From positions 2,790,001 to 2,854,000 of the forward strand of contig JBLDXI010000054.1 in the NCBI GenBank assembly GCA_047495785.1: DNA of 64,000 bases, in the 5' to 3' direction. Source of the DNA: Lepidodermella squamata (taxonomy: Eukaryota > Animalia > Gastrotricha). The notes beneath the pieces are model-generated. The model was not told the DNA's origin. It ran no database searches and worked only from the letters and a program-made list of their open reading frames with translations. Positions 60,630 through 64,000 of this stretch are shown one piece after another (within the stretch, counting starts at the first letter, position 1; each line of letters opens with the position of its first letter). A program made the translations under genes and the position numbers.

Positions 60630-63600
60630 ATGATGAGCTACGACGCAACAAATGGTACTAACCTGTCGATGAATAACAGGCGAAAACAGACTAATCCAAA
60701 GCAACTTCAGTCTACTGCTAAACGTAAGTAATTAATCGCTGCTTGCTTCGCTTTTTTTAAGGTCATCGCGCTTGCTTAATATTGCATTATCGCGTTTCAT
60801 ATTTTTGGGTTGTTGATAACTGACATCAACGCACCCTATTTTGCGTCATCCCCCTTATCTATTTTTCGAGTAGCAGCCACCTTAATTTTGGAACTGCTCA
60901 CCTTTTAATCCGCCTTATCGCGATCATTTATTTTTTATAGCGCTCGTGATCATTATCTGACTTCCCGTTTATTTGCGGTGATGATGATGATGGAGGTTTT
61001 TTTGAGAAAACACCCGGTTAGATTCCGCGCCGTTAATTATGCACTCGCGTGTGCACTTTGCGCGCGCTCTCTTGATAACCAAACGTTGATAAGCGCGAGC
61101 GAATCGTCCCGTCTCACTCTCGCTCACGCTGGCGATTGAAGCGTTGCGATCACAAAAGCAGGCGCCGCCAAAGGCGGCACGGCGCGCGCTCAACGTAACG
61201 CAAAACAAATGATGTGTGAAGAAGTTTTTCGAGTCGACAAGTGACGAAAACGCGCGAGAAAGCGAGCCGCTATCTTGCTGACTTATCTTGCGTAACCACC
61301 GGTTTGCATTTCAAGCGTATCATCACAGTTTTCGCGCTTCCGCCATTAATCGCTAATTTAGTGCCTCTAATTGTTGCCACTTGTTTATTTATTGATTCAA
61401 TTAATAATAGAGGAAATGACTGTTGTTGATGAGTCTGAACTTGGAAGCTATTTCCACAACACGCCTCGATCGTCGCTCGAACTGCCGCCTCCTCTTCTAT
61501 CAGCCAATAGGCACATTGATGGCGCGTCTCTTCTAAGCGAGGCAAGTTTTGAAAAATTGATTAAATTTCGTAAATTTTATAATATTTTTCTTTATTCAGG
61601 CTGCTTTGAAGGAGCTGATCGCTTTTACTCAACGCCGCGCTTCATGGCCTGGGATATTTCCTAACCTGTTTCCGCCTGGTGAAATCAAGTCCGAACTGGC
61701 GGCTGGGCCACCTCCGTTGGCGAAAATAACCGCCTCTACCTCAACTTCTTCATCACCTCCTAATCCGATTTTCGACCAGCCGATCAACCTATCGGCCGCT
61801 GATGTCAAGCGCCGCAGTTCTAGCCAACTCACAGTAAGTAATTCTCTAATCTATTTGGGGACATAGGGTCTAAATATATTTGTACCACTTAAATGAAGCC
61901 TAAGGCGCTAAATTTATAGCTTTTCCGATTTTTGAGTCTTGTCCTTTTCAATTATTGACCGATTATTATGCTGCCATGACCTGGATTTATCATTATAGCT
62001 ATTTGGTACCTTTGGGTCTTTAGAGACATTCTCATTGATGGCTTTCCAGACTTCGGATATCGGAAAATCACTGATTTTTGAAATCGATATTCGAAATCGA
62101 TATCGCCTCTCTAGACAGAGATATTGCTCATAAATTGATCGACGATAGCATAAAATATTCGAAAAAATTAGAGATTTTAAGGAGGACTCAACTCGGAAAA
62201 CCATGCCAAGGTGAAATCTTGTGTCGGGGCGTTTTCACTTTGAAATACCATTTTAAAATTCAGATTTCCATGTAATTTAATTTTTTCAAAAATTCCCTTT
62301 TCAATTCTATTTTTTTCAAATTTTAATTTTTTTCAAATTCCCGGTAAAAATTATATTATAATTACTTATTTTTTTATTGATTAGTTGCAATTAATTATAT
62401 CATAATTGCTTTATTATTTAAATATTTAATTAATTTTTAATTTTTATTCTTTAGAATACATCCAGTGTTGACTGCGCCCCGGAAATTGCCGATGTCCTCG
62501 ATCTCAGTGCCAAGCCGCCAAGCCTGGCGCACATCAGCAACCCGACGCCCCCGCTGCGGTCACCCGAGCCCGTCCCCGAACACCCGCCCAAGGCGCACTG
62601 GCGCCTGCAGCCTGACGCAGCCAAGTTGTGCCGAGTCTGCAGTCGCGAAATCGAACCCACCGCCGGTTCTACAAGCAAAGTCTGCCTGGGCTGCCAGCGC
62701 CGTTTCTCCGCACCAGACCCTGTTTCGCCGGCACTATCTGGCTTGAACACCCTGGTACCCGGGCTGCTCCCGCTCGACGTCGCCCTCGCAATCGCAACCC
62801 GTCATCAGCTGCCGATGAAAACCGATAAATCAACCGAACCAGCCGGCAATGCCAACACATCACCAGCTTCAAGTACCGAAAAATCGGAAGCGACATCGAA
62901 ATTTCACTGCGCCAAGTGTAGCATCAGTTTCCGGAGCGCGAAATCCCTCGAGGCGCACCTGGTCGACTACTGCCAACAAACCGGTCACGTGGCGAAAAAA
63001 CCAGGTGCTAAGCGCCGCGCGACCGTCGACAGCGCTATCCCGGGCCAGCAGCAGCAGCAGCAAGACCTTGTTTGCCAACTCTGCGGATACCACGGGCATT
63101 CGGAACGCGGAATTCGAGTTCATTTCAACGCCATGCATTCGATTGGGTCGGAGATTCAGTTGGAACAGTACCTAACTACGATGATCGTCCGGGCTGATCC
63201 GAGCTCGGAGCCGGTTGCTGAGAAGACTGCTGAATCAGCGACGCCGTCGACAAAACGCCGCCGCCTTAATAAACCGTCATCGAAAAAGGACATCGACCTG
63301 GCGCCGCTGAATCTGCTGGAACTCGCCGGGTTCAAGTTGGAACCGGTTCAGCAACAGGTGATGAAGAAAAAATCGAGCCCGAAATTGCCGGTTGAGCCCG
63401 TTTTACCAGCCCCGGTGGTGCCTGCCCAGGTGTCGAATTTGAACAGCAACGGCTCGCTACGGCGCCAACCGCCCTTCGAATGCCGGCTGTGTTCGAAAAC
63501 ATTTCCAGACACGGCTAAACTACGGCTTCACATGCGATCGCACGAAAAGGACGAGACGATAATGTACTCGTGTAAACGGTGTAATAATTTCACGACTCAG

Positions 63601-63999
63601 GTCAAATCTGACCTAGTTCGGCATGTCAAGTTGGAACACGAGGGCGTCAACATGCGCCTGTCGACGTGGACCATCCCGCGCCGCGACGACAAGCCTAACG
63701 CTGGCGAGTCGGCCAGCGAAGGTTCGGACGACAACAGCGGGCCGATTTTTTGCGACGTCTGTCAAATTTCGTTCAAATTTCGCCACTCTTACGACGCCCA
63801 TCGCCGGTACTACTGCATGGCCAAGTGGAACGAGGGCAGTGATGAGGACGAGGCGGCGTCGTCGCCTCGGGACGATGAAGTCGATAGTGAGGAGAAAATG
63901 CTGCTGATTGATGAGGATGAAAATGCCGACATCGAGGCGGCGCCGAAATCATCACACGAAGAAGATGAAAATTCGATAAATGTCGATGTTACCTCATGA
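60630..63999 (+). CDS. ZFPM: Friend-of-GATA (FOG/U-shaped) zinc-finger protein
   Basis: Exons 60630(or 60669)-60723, 61411-61541, 61600-61833, 62455-63999, with TGA at 63997-63999. N-terminal NRRKQTNPKQL (NuRD-binding RRKQxxP), PINLS (CtBP-type), FOG-type CCHC fingers (CAKCSISFRSAKSLEAHLVDYC; CDVCQISFKFRHSYDAHRRYYC) and C2H2 fingers. Confidence 0.88.
62056..62107 (+). repeat. Dispersed repeat, copy C (in a ZFPM intron)
   Basis: gatatcggaaaatcactgatttttgaaatcgatattcgaaatcgatatcgcc matches the core of 12291-12362. Confidence 0.65.
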
Positions 64000-64000
64000 T

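Overview
This is a gene-dense window from an animal (invertebrate) nuclear genome, not a prokaryote. About 30 spliced or single-exon protein-coding genes can be rebuilt by hand, and most introns are tiny (about 45-60 nt, GT-AG; one GC-AG). Recognisable genes in order: dystroglycan, two paralogous secreted 6-Cys proteins, an orphan class A GPCR, a GT32 glycosyltransferase, EEF1AKMT2, MANBAL-like, RPAP3, TRAPPC2L, TTLL9, FAM81, a Ly6/uPAR protein, a fukutin-like LicD protein, two carbohydrate sulfotransferases, NTAQ1, an SLC5A transporter, a PAN + 3x CTHRC1-C protein, truncated nischarin, HDAC11, TSR2, UBA3, CKS1, NEDD1, two PLEKHB-like genes, an orphan 3-TM gene, RIBC2, a K2P channel and a FOG/ZFPM zinc-finger gene. 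The main discovery candidate is a spliced-leader (SL) trans-splicing and operon system. Three near-identical ~91-nt structured elements sit inside a 2-kb NEDD1 intron, each with a 30-nt putative leader (AACCATCTGCGAATTTGATTTGTGTCTAAG), a strong GTATGT donor, two hairpins and an A-rich tail. Several co-oriented gene runs have 41-130-nt spacers carrying polypyrimidine-AG acceptors just before the downstream ATG. All family assignments come from motif recognition by eye, no database searches were run, and exon coordinates are hand-derived.
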